Assembly (NCBI GenBank): GCA_963735865.1
Contig: CAVTML010000002.1
Coordinates: 1,491,219-1,555,218 of the forward strand
Origin: an uncultured Chloroflexia bacterium
GTDB lineage: Bacteria > Chloroflexota > Limnocylindria > Limnocylindrales > CSP1-4
Reading direction: 5' to 3'
Length of the DNA: 64,000 nucleotides
Shown here: positions 29,382-39,470 of the stretch, in pieces
How the letters are laid out: each line of letters starts with the position of its first letter
Position numbering within the stretch: position 1 is the stretch's first letter
Notes under the pieces: generated by a model
Database searches by the model: none
What the model was told of the DNA's origin: nothing
The model's input: only the letters and a program-made list of their open reading frames with translations
Position numbers and translations under genes: made by a program

Positions 29382-30890
29382 CTAGGGCTGGGGCACGAAC
29401 CGGACCGTCGAGGTCAGGCCGCCCGGCTGGTCGCATACCCCGGGCTGGACCGCGTCATTGAACCCGCCGACGAGCAGCACGGACCCGTCCCGCAGGGGGA
29501 CAGCCGCGCCACCGACGCGTGCCTCGGGCATCGGCGGCAGGCTGGACCAGGCGTTGGCGGCGGGGTCGAAGAGCTCCGCCGTGGCCAGAGACGCATCCGT
29601 GGCACTCAACCCGCCTGCCACCAGGACGCGACCATCGGCGAGTTGGGCTACGAGTGCGCGGTCGCCCAGCGGGTCGCCAGGGGTCGTCCACTCGACATCG
29701 TGCAGGGGATCGTAGCCGGTGGCCCACGCCTGACCGAGGTCGGTCCATTGCCCCGTCGCGCCATTGAAACGGAAGGATCGGATGATGTCGCCTTGGTGTT
29801 TCCAGAAGTCATCGCGGCCGATGAGCAGGGCTCCGCCGTCCTTGAGCGCCACGAGCGTCCCATTCAGGTCCACCTGGGGCGAACCGTCGGGCAACGCTCC
29901 GAAACGCGCGAACGCAGTGCGGTCGATGGCCGGGAGCGACCCCGTCAGACTGAAGTGTCCCGTCGCCGGATCGTAGATCTCGGCGCTGTCGTACGCGCCG
30001 TCGGCTACCTTGGCGACCTGGCCGTTCGCGCCGTCGTCCGAGCCGACCACGAGGACTCGTCCGTCCGTCAACGTCACGGCGGCGGCTCCGAAGCGCGCGT
30101 AGCGCAGCGCCCCCGTCGACGACCAGGTGCCGGTCGCCGGGTCGAACAGCTCTGCCGTCGCCATCGCGATGCCGGCCGGCGGCAGGAGCACATCGCTGGG
30201 GTATGCGGCGAGTACCCCGCGCGGTGTCGTGAACGCGCCCTCCGTGTTGCCGGTGTAGAAGTACCCGCCGGCCACGAGAACGCGGCCGTCGGCGAGCAAC
30301 GCCGCTGCCGCGTCGGTGCGGGCCGTGCCGAGCAGGCCCGCCTTGGTCCACGCGCCACCGCCGGATGGGGCATCGAACAGATACGTGCTCGAGAACGACT
30401 CCTGCGAGCCTGGAGCGCCGAATCCGCCGCCGTCGCATCCTGTCGCGGCCTGGTCAAGACCCCCGGCCACGAGCACGCGACCGTCCTCCAGACCCACTTC
30501 GACGAAGCCAGCCCGCGGGGCGTTCAGGGCCACCGTGGTCCGCCACCCCTGGGTCGCCGGGTCCCACAGCTCGGCCACCGCGCTGTCATCAGGGACCGCC
30601 ATCGCGTTGTCGTCGCCGAGCACGAGGACCCGACCGTCACCGAGCAGGGCAGCATGTGGACTGGCCCGACCGACGGCCATCGTGCCCGCCGGTAGCCATG
30701 GCCCGGCTGCGCCAGTGGCTGAGGCCGTCGGGGTGATCGACGACGTGGCAGTGTCGGACGGCGTGGCGGCCGCTGCCGACGGGGTCGGCGATCCAGCCGT
30801 CGGGGTCGCGGAGGAGACGCTCTGGCAGCCGCCGAGCAAGGCGAGGACCGTCGACAGGGCGGCGAGGCGCTGCCACCGGCCGGCCGTCAC
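29382..30890 (-). CDS. Kelch-repeat (beta-propeller) lipoprotein
   Basis: Lipobox 'LLGGCQS'. Repeated 'DGRVLVAGG' and 'ELFDPATGTWS' Kelch-like blades. Confidence 0.75.
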   Translation of the reverse strand: MTAGRWQRLAALSTVLALLGGCQSVSSATPTAGSPTPSAAAATPSDTATSSITPTASATGAAGPWLPAGTMAVGRASPHAALLGDGRVLVLGDDNAMAVPDDSAVAELWDPATQGWRTTVALNAPRAGFVEVGLEDGRVLVAGGLDQAATGCDGGGFGAPGSQESFSSTYLFDAPSGGGAWTKAGLLGTARTDAAAALLADGRVLVAGGYFYTGNTEGAFTTPRGVLAAYPSDVLLPPAGIAMATAELFDPATGTWSSTGALRYARFGAAAVTLTDGRVLVVGSDDGANGQVAKVADGAYDSAEIYDPATGHFSLTGSLPAIDRTAFARFGALPDGSPQVDLNGTLVALKDGGALLIGRDDFWKHQGDIIRSFRFNGATGQWTDLGQAWATGYDPLHDVEWTTPGDPLGDRALVAQLADGRVLVAGGLSATDASLATAELFDPAANAWSSLPPMPEARVGGAAVPLRDGSVLLVGGFNDAVQPGVCDQPGGLTSTVRFVPQP

Positions 30891-31255
30891 CGGAACAACT
30901 CCGGTCGCACGCTGCCGACCAGCTGGCCGACCAGGAACGAGCTCACGTTGGCGGCGACGGAGACGACGAGCGCACGGCGAGCGGCCAGGCCGCGCAGGGT
31001 GACCAAGTAGAAGAGGGCTTCGGCCGCGATCGCCCAGCTCTCAGCGATGAGGACGTAGGTCGCCGTGCCCACGAGCGCGACCTGGGATACGACGAACCAG
31101 ACGAGCGGGTGGGTGGCCAGGTTGGCAAAGACGACCAGGAGGACGAGACGCAGACGGTCCGGTTCGGCGCGGCGCAGCAGGATGGCCGCCACCGGGACCT
31201 CCACCGCCAGCGTGAGCAGGAACGCCGCCAGCCAACCCGAGGCCGAGAAGAACAC
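30887..31255 (-). CDS. Hypothetical membrane protein
   Basis: GTG 31255 is preceded by GGAGGG. About 123 aa with 3-4 TM. Overlaps the Kelch gene by 4 nt. Confidence 0.45.
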   Translation of the reverse strand: MFFSASGWLAAFLLTLAVEVPVAAILLRRAEPDRLRLVLLVVFANLATHPLVWFVVSQVALVGTATYVLIAESWAIAAEALFYLVTLRGLAARRALVVSVAANVSSFLVGQLVGSVRPELFR

Positions 31256-31337
31256 TGGCCCTCCGATCGAGGCTAGTCTGCGCCGCTTGGGTCGGCCTGG
31301 CGATAGGTATCCTCGGCGTATCCCGTCCGGCGACGGC

Positions 31338-31886
31338 CTACATCCGGGCGCGGCGGGGTGTGCGCTGGGGCGGCACCGGCTCCATCCGCACCGCCTCGGC
31401 GACATGGGTGGTGAGGCTCTCCCGTGCATGCAGCAGGTTCAGGTAGCCGCGCTTCACGGCCGTCTGCGCCTCCAGCTCGGCGCCGCGGCCATAGCCGCCG
31501 ACCGCCCGCTCACAGCCGTGCTGGATCATGGCCACGGCGCGGATGGCACGGTCCACGTCCTCGCCCATCGCATCGCGCAGGACGCGGCCGTGCTGCGGCG
31601 CCTTGATCTGGCCCGCGGTCGCCCGGGCTGCCTCCAGCGTGGTGGTGCCGCTCTCCAGGTCGGCCAGGATCTCGTCCGGGGGGATGATCTGGCGGCGGGC
31701 CGAGTCGGTGCGCGTGGCCAAACCCTCGAGGATCGGATCGACCTGCGCCAGGAGGGCCTTGGCCTCGAACTGGAAGCGGGTGACCTCGCGTGACCGGGCC
31801 AGCGCCTGGCCGGCCATGCGGGCGAGGTAGACGAGCACGTACAGGAGCAGGAGGGCAAGCAGCAAGGGCAGGACGATGGCGCCCAC
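31338..31886 (-). CDS. Hypothetical membrane-anchored coiled-coil protein
   Basis: N-terminal TM '[18 protein letters not shown]', then a helical soluble domain. Confidence 0.55.
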   Translation of the reverse strand: MGAIVLPLLLALLLLYVLVYLARMAGQALARSREVTRFQFEAKALLAQVDPILEGLATRTDSARRQIIPPDEILADLESGTTTLEAARATAGQIKAPQHGRVLRDAMGEDVDRAIRAVAMIQHGCERAVGGYGRGAELEAQTAVKRGYLNLLHARESLTTHVAEAVRMEPVPPQRTPRRARM

Positions 31887-31895
31887 GGCGGCGGA

Positions 31896-32885
31896 TCAGG
31901 CCTGCCGCGCGCGCAGGGCGGCCGTCAGGCGGGGCACGATCTCGAACAGGTCGCCGATCACGACGAGGTCGGCGAACTCGACGATGGGCGCATCCGGGTC
32001 GCGGTTGATGGCCACGATCGTGCCGGAGGTCTGCATGCCCACCTTGTGCTGGATGGCGCCGCTGATGCCGACGGCCATGTAGAGGGCCGGCTTGACGATC
32101 TTGCCGGTCTGGCCGATCTGCTGGCTGTAGGCGATCCACCCGGCGTCGACGACAGCGCGCGTCGCCCCGACCGCCCCGCCCAGGGCGTCGGCGAGGTCGC
32201 GAACGACGCCGAAGCCGTCGGGTCCGCCAACGCCCCGGCCGCCGGCCACGATGATGCGCGCGTCGTCGATGGAGGCGGCCGCCGCCTCCGCCTGCACCCG
32301 CTCCACGACGTGCACGAGGGGCAGCGTGTCGGTGACGGCCGGAGTGACCGCCGTGACCGTCCCGGGCTTGGCCGCCGGCTCGGCCGTGATGCTGCCCGGG
32401 CGGACGAGGATGACGACCTCGTCGACGGTGGGCACGCTCTGGGTCACGAGGCGGCCGCCGAAGGTGCTCATCTCCACGGCCGGCGCGCCGTCGGTCCAGC
32501 GCACGGCGGCGCCGTTGACGAGCACGGCCCGGTCGAGCAGCCCGGCCAGCGCGCCGGCCAGGTCCTTGCCGTCGGGTGACGCGCCGACCAGCACCACGGC
32601 CGGCTTCCGGTCACGCACCAGGGCGGCGAGGGCGGGCGCCGCGGCTGCCGCGCTCGCATGATCCGCCGCGCCGGGCACGTCCACGGTGAGGACGCTCGGT
32701 AGATAGGCGGCGAAAGCCGTGCCCGCTGTCTGGACGGTGGCGTTGCCGGCGCCCAGCACGACGCCGAGCGCATCGGTCCGCGCGTCGACGGCCAGCCCGC
32801 GCGCGAGCGTCGCCAGCTCCACGGCGAGACGGGTCGGCTGACCATCCTCGTCCAGCTCGGCGATGGCCCAGATGGCGCCGGGCAT
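31896..32885 (-). CDS. etfA: Electron transfer flavoprotein alpha subunit
   Basis: '[10 protein letters not shown]', '[23 protein letters not shown]' and '[12 protein letters not shown]' FAD-binding motifs. Confidence 0.9.
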   Translation of the reverse strand: MPGAIWAIAELDEDGQPTRLAVELATLARGLAVDARTDALGVVLGAGNATVQTAGTAFAAYLPSVLTVDVPGAADHASAAAAAPALAALVRDRKPAVVLVGASPDGKDLAGALAGLLDRAVLVNGAAVRWTDGAPAVEMSTFGGRLVTQSVPTVDEVVILVRPGSITAEPAAKPGTVTAVTPAVTDTLPLVHVVERVQAEAAAASIDDARIIVAGGRGVGGPDGFGVVRDLADALGGAVGATRAVVDAGWIAYSQQIGQTGKIVKPALYMAVGISGAIQHKVGMQTSGTIVAINRDPDAPIVEFADLVVIGDLFEIVPRLTAALRARQA

Positions 32886-33682
32886 CAGATCAGGCGCCGC
32901 GCGGCCAGGAAGTCCACGACCTGCGCGACGGCGGCATCGGGCGCCTCCCGCACGACCGTGGCGCCCGCCCGCGGGGGCGGCAGGGCGGTGGAGGCGACGC
33001 GGCTACCCGCCACGCCCGCACCGACCGTCTCGGGCGCGATCCCCAGGTCGGCCAGCGACCAGGTGGCGATCTCCTTGGTGCGGGCCTGCATGATGCCCCG
33101 CAGCGACGGGTAGCGCGGCTCACCAAGGACCTGCGTGCCCATCACCAGGGCGGGCATGGGCGCCTCCAGGAGGTCGTAGCCACGCGCCCCAAGGCGGCGC
33201 ACCTGGACGGTCGTGCCGTCGGGGCCGGGCTCGATGCGGCTGCCGTAGGAGAGGTAGGGCAGGCCAAGCAGCGCGGCGAGCCAGGGTGCGACGACGCCGC
33301 CGAGACCATCGGAGGTGTCGGCGCCGGCGAAGACCAGGTCGTACTCCAGGCGCCGGATCGCGGCGGCCAGCACGGTCGCGGTGGACCGCGCATCCGATCC
33401 CGCGAGGGCCGGGTCGCTGACGTGGACCGCCCGGGCGGCGCCCATGGCCAGGCCCTTGCGGAGCGCCTCGGCCGCGGCCGCGGGGCCCATCGTCAGGAGG
33501 GTGACCTCGCCGGCGTGGGCTTCGGTCAGCTTGAGGGCAGCCTCCAGGGTGTACTCGTCATTGCCGTTCGCCTCCAGGCCGTTGGCGCGATCCACGCGGC
33601 GGTCGTCGCCCAGCCGCTCGTTGCCCACGATGGGCACGGCCTTGACGAGGACGACGATGCGCAACGAACGCTCTCCCTGCAC
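32885..33682 (-). CDS. etfB: Electron transfer flavoprotein beta subunit
   Basis: 'LRIVVLVKAVP' start. ETF-beta length. 1-nt overlap with etfA. Confidence 0.9.
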   Translation of the reverse strand: MQGERSLRIVVLVKAVPIVGNERLGDDRRVDRANGLEANGNDEYTLEAALKLTEAHAGEVTLLTMGPAAAAEALRKGLAMGAARAVHVSDPALAGSDARSTATVLAAAIRRLEYDLVFAGADTSDGLGGVVAPWLAALLGLPYLSYGSRIEPGPDGTTVQVRRLGARGYDLLEAPMPALVMGTQVLGEPRYPSLRGIMQARTKEIATWSLADLGIAPETVGAGVAGSRVASTALPPPRAGATVVREAPDAAVAQVVDFLAARRLI

Positions 33683-33688
33683 GGGGCC

Positions 33689-34849
33689 TCAGCCGCCGCG
33701 AGCGAGGACATCGCGGCCGACCACGAGGCGCTGGATCTGCTGCGTACCCTCGTAGAGCTGCGTGATCTTGGCATCACGCATCATCCGCTCGACGGGGTAG
33801 TCGGTGACGTACCCGTAGCCCCCCAGCACCTGGACAGCATCGGTGGTCACGGCCATGGCCGTGTCACCGGCCATGAGTTTACACATGGCCGACCAGCGGC
33901 TTGCCGTCGGCGAGCCCGCGGTGACCTCGTCGCAGGCGGTGTAGAGGAGCTGGCGCGCCGCCTCCGTGCGGGTCGCCATGTCGGCCAGCATGGCCGTGAT
34001 CATCTGGTGGTCGCCGATCGGGCGGCCGAACTGGCGCCGCTCGGCGGCGTACTTCGCGGCGACCTCGGTCGCGCCCTGGGCGATGCCCACCGCCTGGGCC
34101 GCGATACCCGGACGACTGCGGTCAAGCGTCCGCATGGCGATCGAGAACCCCTCCCCCACCTCGCCGACCCGGTTGGCATCGGGGACCCGGGCACCGTCGA
34201 AGTGGAGCTCGGCCGTCGGCGAGCCGCGGATGCCCATCTTGTGCTCCACCTTGCCGGCGCTGAAGCCGGGCGTGTCACGCTCCACGATGAGGCAGCTGAG
34301 GTGGCGCCGGGAGCGCCGGGCCTCGGGCGAATCGTCGGTGCGGACGAAGACGGCCACCAGGTCGGCCACGCTGCCCTGGGTGATGAAGCGCTTCGCGCCG
34401 TCGAGCCGCCACGCATCGCCGTCCCGGGTGGCCTTGGTGCGGATCTCCGCCACGTCGGATCCCGCCGCGGCCTCGGTCAGGGCGAAGGCCGGCAGCGCGC
34501 GGCCGGCGGCCATGTCGGGGAACCAGCGATGCTGCTGCTCGGGCGTGCCAGCCAGCATCAGCGGCAGCGAGCCAAGCTCCTGGATGGCCACGATCAGGCC
34601 CGACGTGGCGCACACGCGGCTGATCTGCTCGATGGCCAGGCACACCGTGAGCAGGTCGCCGCCCAGCCCGCCGTGCTCGACGGGGAACGGCAGGGCCAGC
34701 ACGTCGTGCTCCGCGAGCAGCTTCACGACATCCCAGGGGAACTCGCCGCTGGTGTCGATCGCCGCCGCGCGGGGCGCGATCTTGGCGTCGGCCAGCTCGC
34801 GCACGGCATCACGTAGGTCCATCTGGTCGGGCGTGAGGCGCACGGTCAC
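33689..34849 (-). CDS. Acyl-CoA dehydrogenase
   Basis: 'ALTEAAAGSD', 'YEGTQQIQRLVVGRDVL' and 'GGYGYVTDYPVERMMRDAKI' ACAD signatures. GTG start 34849 (alternatives 34843, 34822). Confidence 0.9.
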   Translation of the reverse strand: MTVRLTPDQMDLRDAVRELADAKIAPRAAAIDTSGEFPWDVVKLLAEHDVLALPFPVEHGGLGGDLLTVCLAIEQISRVCATSGLIVAIQELGSLPLMLAGTPEQQHRWFPDMAAGRALPAFALTEAAAGSDVAEIRTKATRDGDAWRLDGAKRFITQGSVADLVAVFVRTDDSPEARRSRRHLSCLIVERDTPGFSAGKVEHKMGIRGSPTAELHFDGARVPDANRVGEVGEGFSIAMRTLDRSRPGIAAQAVGIAQGATEVAAKYAAERRQFGRPIGDHQMITAMLADMATRTEAARQLLYTACDEVTAGSPTASRWSAMCKLMAGDTAMAVTTDAVQVLGGYGYVTDYPVERMMRDAKITQLYEGTQQIQRLVVGRDVLARGG

Positions 34850-34859
34850 GGCGGCGATG

Positions 34860-35324
34860 CTACCGCACGCCGGACGGCGGATCGGTGGCGGGGAACGTCC
34901 ACGTGAGCAGCTGGGCCGGCTCGCTCGGGCCGGCGCCGGCCCGCCGGTACGTTCGCAGGGCCGCTTCGTTCTCCCCCTCGGTGAGGACGAACATGCCGTA
35001 GCAGCCCCGTTCCGCGGCCAGCGCGGCAAGGGCGCCGACGAGCGCCGTGCCCACCCCCTGTCGGCGGTGCGCCTCGTCCACCCCGAGTTCGTACAGGAAC
35101 ATCTCCGTGCCCTTGTCGGGATGGGTCAGCTCCACGCCGGAGATGAAGCCGATCGGGTCGTCCCCCTCTAAAAGCAAGAGCAGGTGATGCCCGGCGAGGT
35201 CCAGGAACCTGGCCGTGGCGTCCGGCAGCGGCGGATCATCGAAGAGATGGGCGGCCGCCAGGACGAGGGCCTGATCGCCTGGCGTCAGGCGCCGGATCTT
35301 CCACGGCCGAAGCGAGGCCCTCAC
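34860..35324 (-). CDS. GNAT family N-acetyltransferase
   Basis: 'RRQGVGTALV' acetyl-CoA binding motif. GTG start overlaps the permease stop (GTGA). Confidence 0.7.
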   Translation of the reverse strand: MRASLRPWKIRRLTPGDQALVLAAAHLFDDPPLPDATARFLDLAGHHLLLLLEGDDPIGFISGVELTHPDKGTEMFLYELGVDEAHRRQGVGTALVGALAALAAERGCYGMFVLTEGENEAALRTYRRAGAGPSEPAQLLTWTFPATDPPSGVR

Positions 35325-36082
35325 AGCTCCTGGTCGCGGAACGCCAGCCAGGAGACCGCCATGAGGACCACGATGAGCACCACAGCGGCCACCGTGGGCC
35401 CGAGCGCGTCGCCGCCGGGCAGGCCAAGGGCGAGGGCCCGGGCCGGAGCGCCGAGGCCGGTCGGCAGGTACGGCCCGATCCCCGGCACGATGCTGACGAT
35501 GCCGATGACGACGAACGCCACGAGGCCGATGCCCGCCGCGGCGACCGCCGAACGGGTCAGGGTGCTGCCGAGGAGCGTGATCGCGGCGAAGGCGACCAGG
35601 GAAAGCCACGTCAGGACCGTCGCCGCCGCGAACCCGGCCACGTCAAGGGGCTGGAACAGGACCAGCGTGTAGAACCAGCCGCCGGCGGCGGCGATGACCG
35701 TGGCCAGGCCCAGGGTCGTGGCGATGGCGGCCAGCTTGGCGATGAGGAAGGCGCCGCGCCCGGCCGGCTTGGTCAGGATGAGGGCCGCCGTCCCTCGCTC
35801 CTTCTCGGTGGCCACGGAGCCCATCGCCAGCAGCACCGCGATGAGGGCCCCGAACTGGCCCACGTTCTTGGCCAGCTGGTCGTACGCGTCGGCCGCGGTG
35901 GGCGTCGGCAGGGTGATGCTGAACTGGCCGCCGCCGACCGCCTTGAGGATGTCCGGCGTGAACCGCGCCAGGAGCGGTGACGAGAGGCCGACCAGCAGGA
36001 AGACGGTCGCCACGACCGGCAGGCGGGTGGTCCGCCATTGCTCCAGCAGCTCCTTGCGCAGGAGGACCATGAAGCCGGTCAT
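35321..36082 (-). CDS. ABC-2 family transporter permease
   Basis: 253 aa with six TM. Overlaps the ATPase by 4 nt. Confidence 0.75.
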   Translation of the reverse strand: MTGFMVLLRKELLEQWRTTRLPVVATVFLLVGLSSPLLARFTPDILKAVGGGQFSITLPTPTAADAYDQLAKNVGQFGALIAVLLAMGSVATEKERGTAALILTKPAGRGAFLIAKLAAIATTLGLATVIAAAGGWFYTLVLFQPLDVAGFAAATVLTWLSLVAFAAITLLGSTLTRSAVAAAGIGLVAFVVIGIVSIVPGIGPYLPTGLGAPARALALGLPGGDALGPTVAAVVLIVVLMAVSWLAFRDQEL

Positions 36083-37104
36083 GAGTCGGTCACCTCGCGC
36101 GGGCGCACGAAGCCGCGACCGTCAAGCTCATCCGGTCTTGGCGGACCGACCAGCTCGAGGAAGACGTCCTCGAGCGTCGGGCGGGCGCGCTCGAACGCGT
36201 CCAGGGTCACCCCGCCGGCCACGACCAGCGGCAGGATGGCGCCCGCCGCCGCGGCCGGATCGGAGACCGTGACGCGGATGGTCTCGCCGGCCGACGAGAC
36301 GTCCGTGCTCCACGACGCCGCCCGCAGCGAGGCCACCAGGGCGGCCACGCGCTCGTCCTGGCCGGAGGCCGGGACGAGGCGGAAGATCGGTCGGGCGTGG
36401 GCGGCGAGGAGCTCTTCCAGCGGGCCTTCGGCGACCAGGCGTCCGCGGTGCAGGATCGCGACGCGGTCGCAGATGCGCTCGACGTCCGACAGGACATGCG
36501 TCGAGATGAGCACGGTCGCGTCGCCCCGCAGGCTGCTGATCAGGCCCAGCAGGTCGCGCCGGCCCTCCGGATCGAGCGAGCTGACCGGCTCGTCCAGGAT
36601 GAGCACCCGGGGCTTGTGGAGCATGGCCTGGGCGATGCCCAGCCGCTGCCGCATGCCACCCGAGTAGCCGCCGATGCGGCGCTCGCCGGCTGCGGTCAGG
36701 CCGGCCAGCTCCAGCATCTCCTCGACGCGAGCGCGGAGGGCCGCACCCTCGAGCCCATGGAGCCGGCCCACCAGCTCCAGCAGCTCCCGTCCGCGCATCC
36801 AGCCGTAGAACCGGGGGTCCTGGTCCAGGTAGCCGATGCCGCGGCGCAGCTCGGGGCGGTCCAGCCCGACCGCCACCCCACCGACCCAGGCGCTCCCGTC
36901 GGTCGGCCGGGCGAGTCCCGTGAGGATCCGGATGGCGGTCGTCTTGCCCGCCCCGTTGGGCCCGAGCAGGCCGAAGATCGAGCCGGGTGGGACGGTGAGA
37001 TCCAGGCGGTCAAGGGCCAGGATGCGGCCGAACCGCTTGGTGAGGCCGCGGGCCCGGATGGCGGCCTCGGCCGCCGTGGGGGGCGCCGCCGGAGGGGCGC
37101 TCAC
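36079..37104 (-). CDS. ABC transporter ATP-binding protein
   Basis: Walker A 'GPNGAGKTT', signature 'YSGGMRQRLGIA', Walker B 'LILDEP'. GTG start overlaps the upstream stop (GTGA). Confidence 0.85.
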   Translation of the reverse strand: MSAPPAAPPTAAEAAIRARGLTKRFGRILALDRLDLTVPPGSIFGLLGPNGAGKTTAIRILTGLARPTDGSAWVGGVAVGLDRPELRRGIGYLDQDPRFYGWMRGRELLELVGRLHGLEGAALRARVEEMLELAGLTAAGERRIGGYSGGMRQRLGIAQAMLHKPRVLILDEPVSSLDPEGRRDLLGLISSLRGDATVLISTHVLSDVERICDRVAILHRGRLVAEGPLEELLAAHARPIFRLVPASGQDERVAALVASLRAASWSTDVSSAGETIRVTVSDPAAAAGAILPLVVAGGVTLDAFERARPTLEDVFLELVGPPRPDELDGRGFVRPREVTDS

Positions 37105-37310
37105 CCCTCCTCCCGGCCGACGGTGAAGTACAGGATCGGGCCGATGATGTTGACGAACACGATCACCAGCGCCCACACGATCTTGCTGCCGCCCCGCACG
37201 TGGCGGTCCTCCGGCTCCAGGTCGAGCAAGGCGGCGAGCATCAGGCCGAGCTGGATCACGATGATCGGCGCCAGCAGGGCGAGGATCTGGGTGGTCGTGA
37301 GGTCGGCCAT
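37101..37310 (-). CDS. PLD-nuclease N-terminal domain (PLDc_N)-like small membrane protein
   Basis: 69 aa with two TM and 'KIVWALVIVFVNIIGPILYFTVGR'. Confidence 0.65.
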   Translation of the reverse strand: MADLTTTQILALLAPIIVIQLGLMLAALLDLEPEDRHVRGGSKIVWALVIVFVNIIGPILYFTVGREEG

Positions 37311-37340
37311 GCCCTGAGCATAGCCCGCCGAGAGGTGAGC

Positions 37341-39470
37341 CTAGGCCTGCACCACGGGGAGCTGCCGGCCGCTGAAGCGGTCGGCCGACAGGGAGGCCGC
37401 GAGCACCTCCGAGATGTCCTGGGCCTGCACGGGCCGGGCGCCATCACCGGTCGCCTCGGCCAAGCCGTCGCGCATCATGACGAGGCAGAACGGACACGCC
37501 GTGGCCACGCCGTCGGCGCCGGTCTCCAGGGCCTGCCGCGTCCGCTCGGCGTTGATCCGCGTGCCGCGTGTCTCCTCCATCCACATGCGCCCGCCGCCGG
37601 CGCCACAGCAGAAGCTCTGCCGGCCGCGCCGCTCCATCTCGCGGATCTCCATGCCCGGCACGGCGGCAAGGGCGGCGCGCGGCTGCTCGATGATGCCGTT
37701 GTAGCGGGTCAGGTAGCACGAGTCGTGGTACGTCAGCGACCCGCTCCGCCCGACCTCCGGCTTGAGGCGGCCCTCCTCCACCAGCCGCGCCAGGTAGGCG
37801 CTGTGGTGGATCACCTCGTAGTGGCCGCCGAATTGGCCGTACTCGTTGCCGATCGTGTTGAAGCAGTGCGGGCAGGCCGTGACGATCGTCCGCGGGCGAT
37901 AGCGGTCAAGGGTCGCCACGTTCCCCTGGGCCAGCAGCTGGAAGACGTACTCGTTGCCCATGCGGCGCGCCGGGTCGCCGGTGCACGACTCCTCCTGGCC
38001 GAGCACGGCGAAGCGCACGCCGGCCGCGTCCAGGCACGTCACGAACGCGCGAGCCACCTTGCGGTTGCGGTCGTCGAACGAGGCGGCGCAACCGACCCAG
38101 TAGAGGCACTCCAGCTCGGCCACGGCATCGGGACCACCCTCGGCCACGACCTGCGCCGCGGTCGGCACTTCGAACGGTAGGTCGCGCGCCCAGTCCAGGC
38201 GCGACGCCTGGGGCTGGCCCCAGATGTTGCCGTAGCGCTCCAGGTTGGTGAACGCGCCGGTCAGCTCGGACGGGAAGCGGCTCTCCTCCAGCACGAGGTT
38301 GCGGCGCAGGCCCACGATCTTGTCGACGTGCTCGATCATCACCGGGCACGCCTCCACGCAGGCCCCGCACGTGACGCAGTCCCAGACCGCGTCGTAGGGG
38401 ATGGCGTGATCCACGATGGGCGCCTCGAGCGCGGCACGGTGCAGGCCGTGCACGCCGGGCTCGGCGGCCGGCGCGGCCCCCACGGCCATGGCCGGCACGG
38501 GCCGGATCCAGGGCAGGAGCGGCACCCCCACCTCCGCCTCGACGGCCATCTCGCGCAGGCCCATGATCAACGTCTTGGGGTTGAGCGGCTTGCCGGTGGC
38601 CCAGGCGGGGCAGGCCGCCTGGCAGCGGCCGCACTCGGTGCAGGTGAAGCCGTCGAGGAGGTCCTTCCAGCCCAGGTCCTGGATCGTCTTGACGCCGAAG
38701 CGGGCCGTCTCCGCCTCCAGGTCCATGGCCGGCAGCTCACCTCGCGGCTTGAGCTTGCGAAGGGCCGCGTTGAAGAACGCCGTGGCCATGTGGAGGTGCT
38801 TGCTTCGCGGGAGGTACAGCAGGAAATAGCAGATCACGGCCAGATTGGCCCACCAGCACACCGCGAAGACGGCCTGCAGGAGCGTCGGGTCCAGCCCGGT
38901 CAGGCCCCGGCTGATGACCCACGGCACGATCTCGAACTGCTGGTACGGATCGCCGTAGCGGGCCAGCCGGAAGGCCTCGGCCACGATCTCCGTGACGACG
39001 ACCGCGGCGATGAGGCCCAGGATCGTCAACCCGTCGCGGCTCAGCGTCAGGCGCGCGGGGCGGACGATCTGGCGGCGCACGAGGGCGTAGCCGATGCCGC
39101 CCAGCACCGCCAGGGCGAGCAGGCTCTGGGCCAGGACCAGCAGGCGCCACAGCCAGCCATCGACCGGCCAGGCCAGGACCGCCTGCACGAGCCCGAACGT
39201 CACCCGATTGGCCGTGCCCACGGTCAGGATGACGAAGCCCCAGAAGATGGCCGCGTGCATGAAGCCGGGGCCGGGGTCCCGGAACATGCGGATCTGCAAG
39301 ATGGCGTACAGGATCGATGAGCCCAGGCGCCGTTCGGGCTGGTCGGTCACGGCCGACGGCTGGGCGGCCGCGAACACCCGCAGGTGGCGCGCCATCTGGA
39401 GCGTGAAACCGAGCGCGGCGAGGACGAAGAAGACCGGCGCGAACGGGTAGAGCGGGACCTGGTCGATCAC
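37341..39470 (-). CDS. Membrane-bound Fe-S oxidoreductase with an N-terminal NarI-like heme-b domain and C-terminal 4Fe-4S plus CCG domains (EtfD / HdrD-like)
   Basis: Multi-TM N-terminus. 'CTECGRCQAACP', 'CVTCGACVEACP' and CCG-type 'CPHCFNT...CCGAGG...CPFC'. Confidence 0.8.
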   Translation of the reverse strand: MIDQVPLYPFAPVFFVLAALGFTLQMARHLRVFAAAQPSAVTDQPERRLGSSILYAILQIRMFRDPGPGFMHAAIFWGFVILTVGTANRVTFGLVQAVLAWPVDGWLWRLLVLAQSLLALAVLGGIGYALVRRQIVRPARLTLSRDGLTILGLIAAVVVTEIVAEAFRLARYGDPYQQFEIVPWVISRGLTGLDPTLLQAVFAVCWWANLAVICYFLLYLPRSKHLHMATAFFNAALRKLKPRGELPAMDLEAETARFGVKTIQDLGWKDLLDGFTCTECGRCQAACPAWATGKPLNPKTLIMGLREMAVEAEVGVPLLPWIRPVPAMAVGAAPAAEPGVHGLHRAALEAPIVDHAIPYDAVWDCVTCGACVEACPVMIEHVDKIVGLRRNLVLEESRFPSELTGAFTNLERYGNIWGQPQASRLDWARDLPFEVPTAAQVVAEGGPDAVAELECLYWVGCAASFDDRNRKVARAFVTCLDAAGVRFAVLGQEESCTGDPARRMGNEYVFQLLAQGNVATLDRYRPRTIVTACPHCFNTIGNEYGQFGGHYEVIHHSAYLARLVEEGRLKPEVGRSGSLTYHDSCYLTRYNGIIEQPRAALAAVPGMEIREMERRGRQSFCCGAGGGRMWMEETRGTRINAERTRQALETGADGVATACPFCLVMMRDGLAEATGDGARPVQAQDISEVLAASLSADRFSGRQLPVVQA

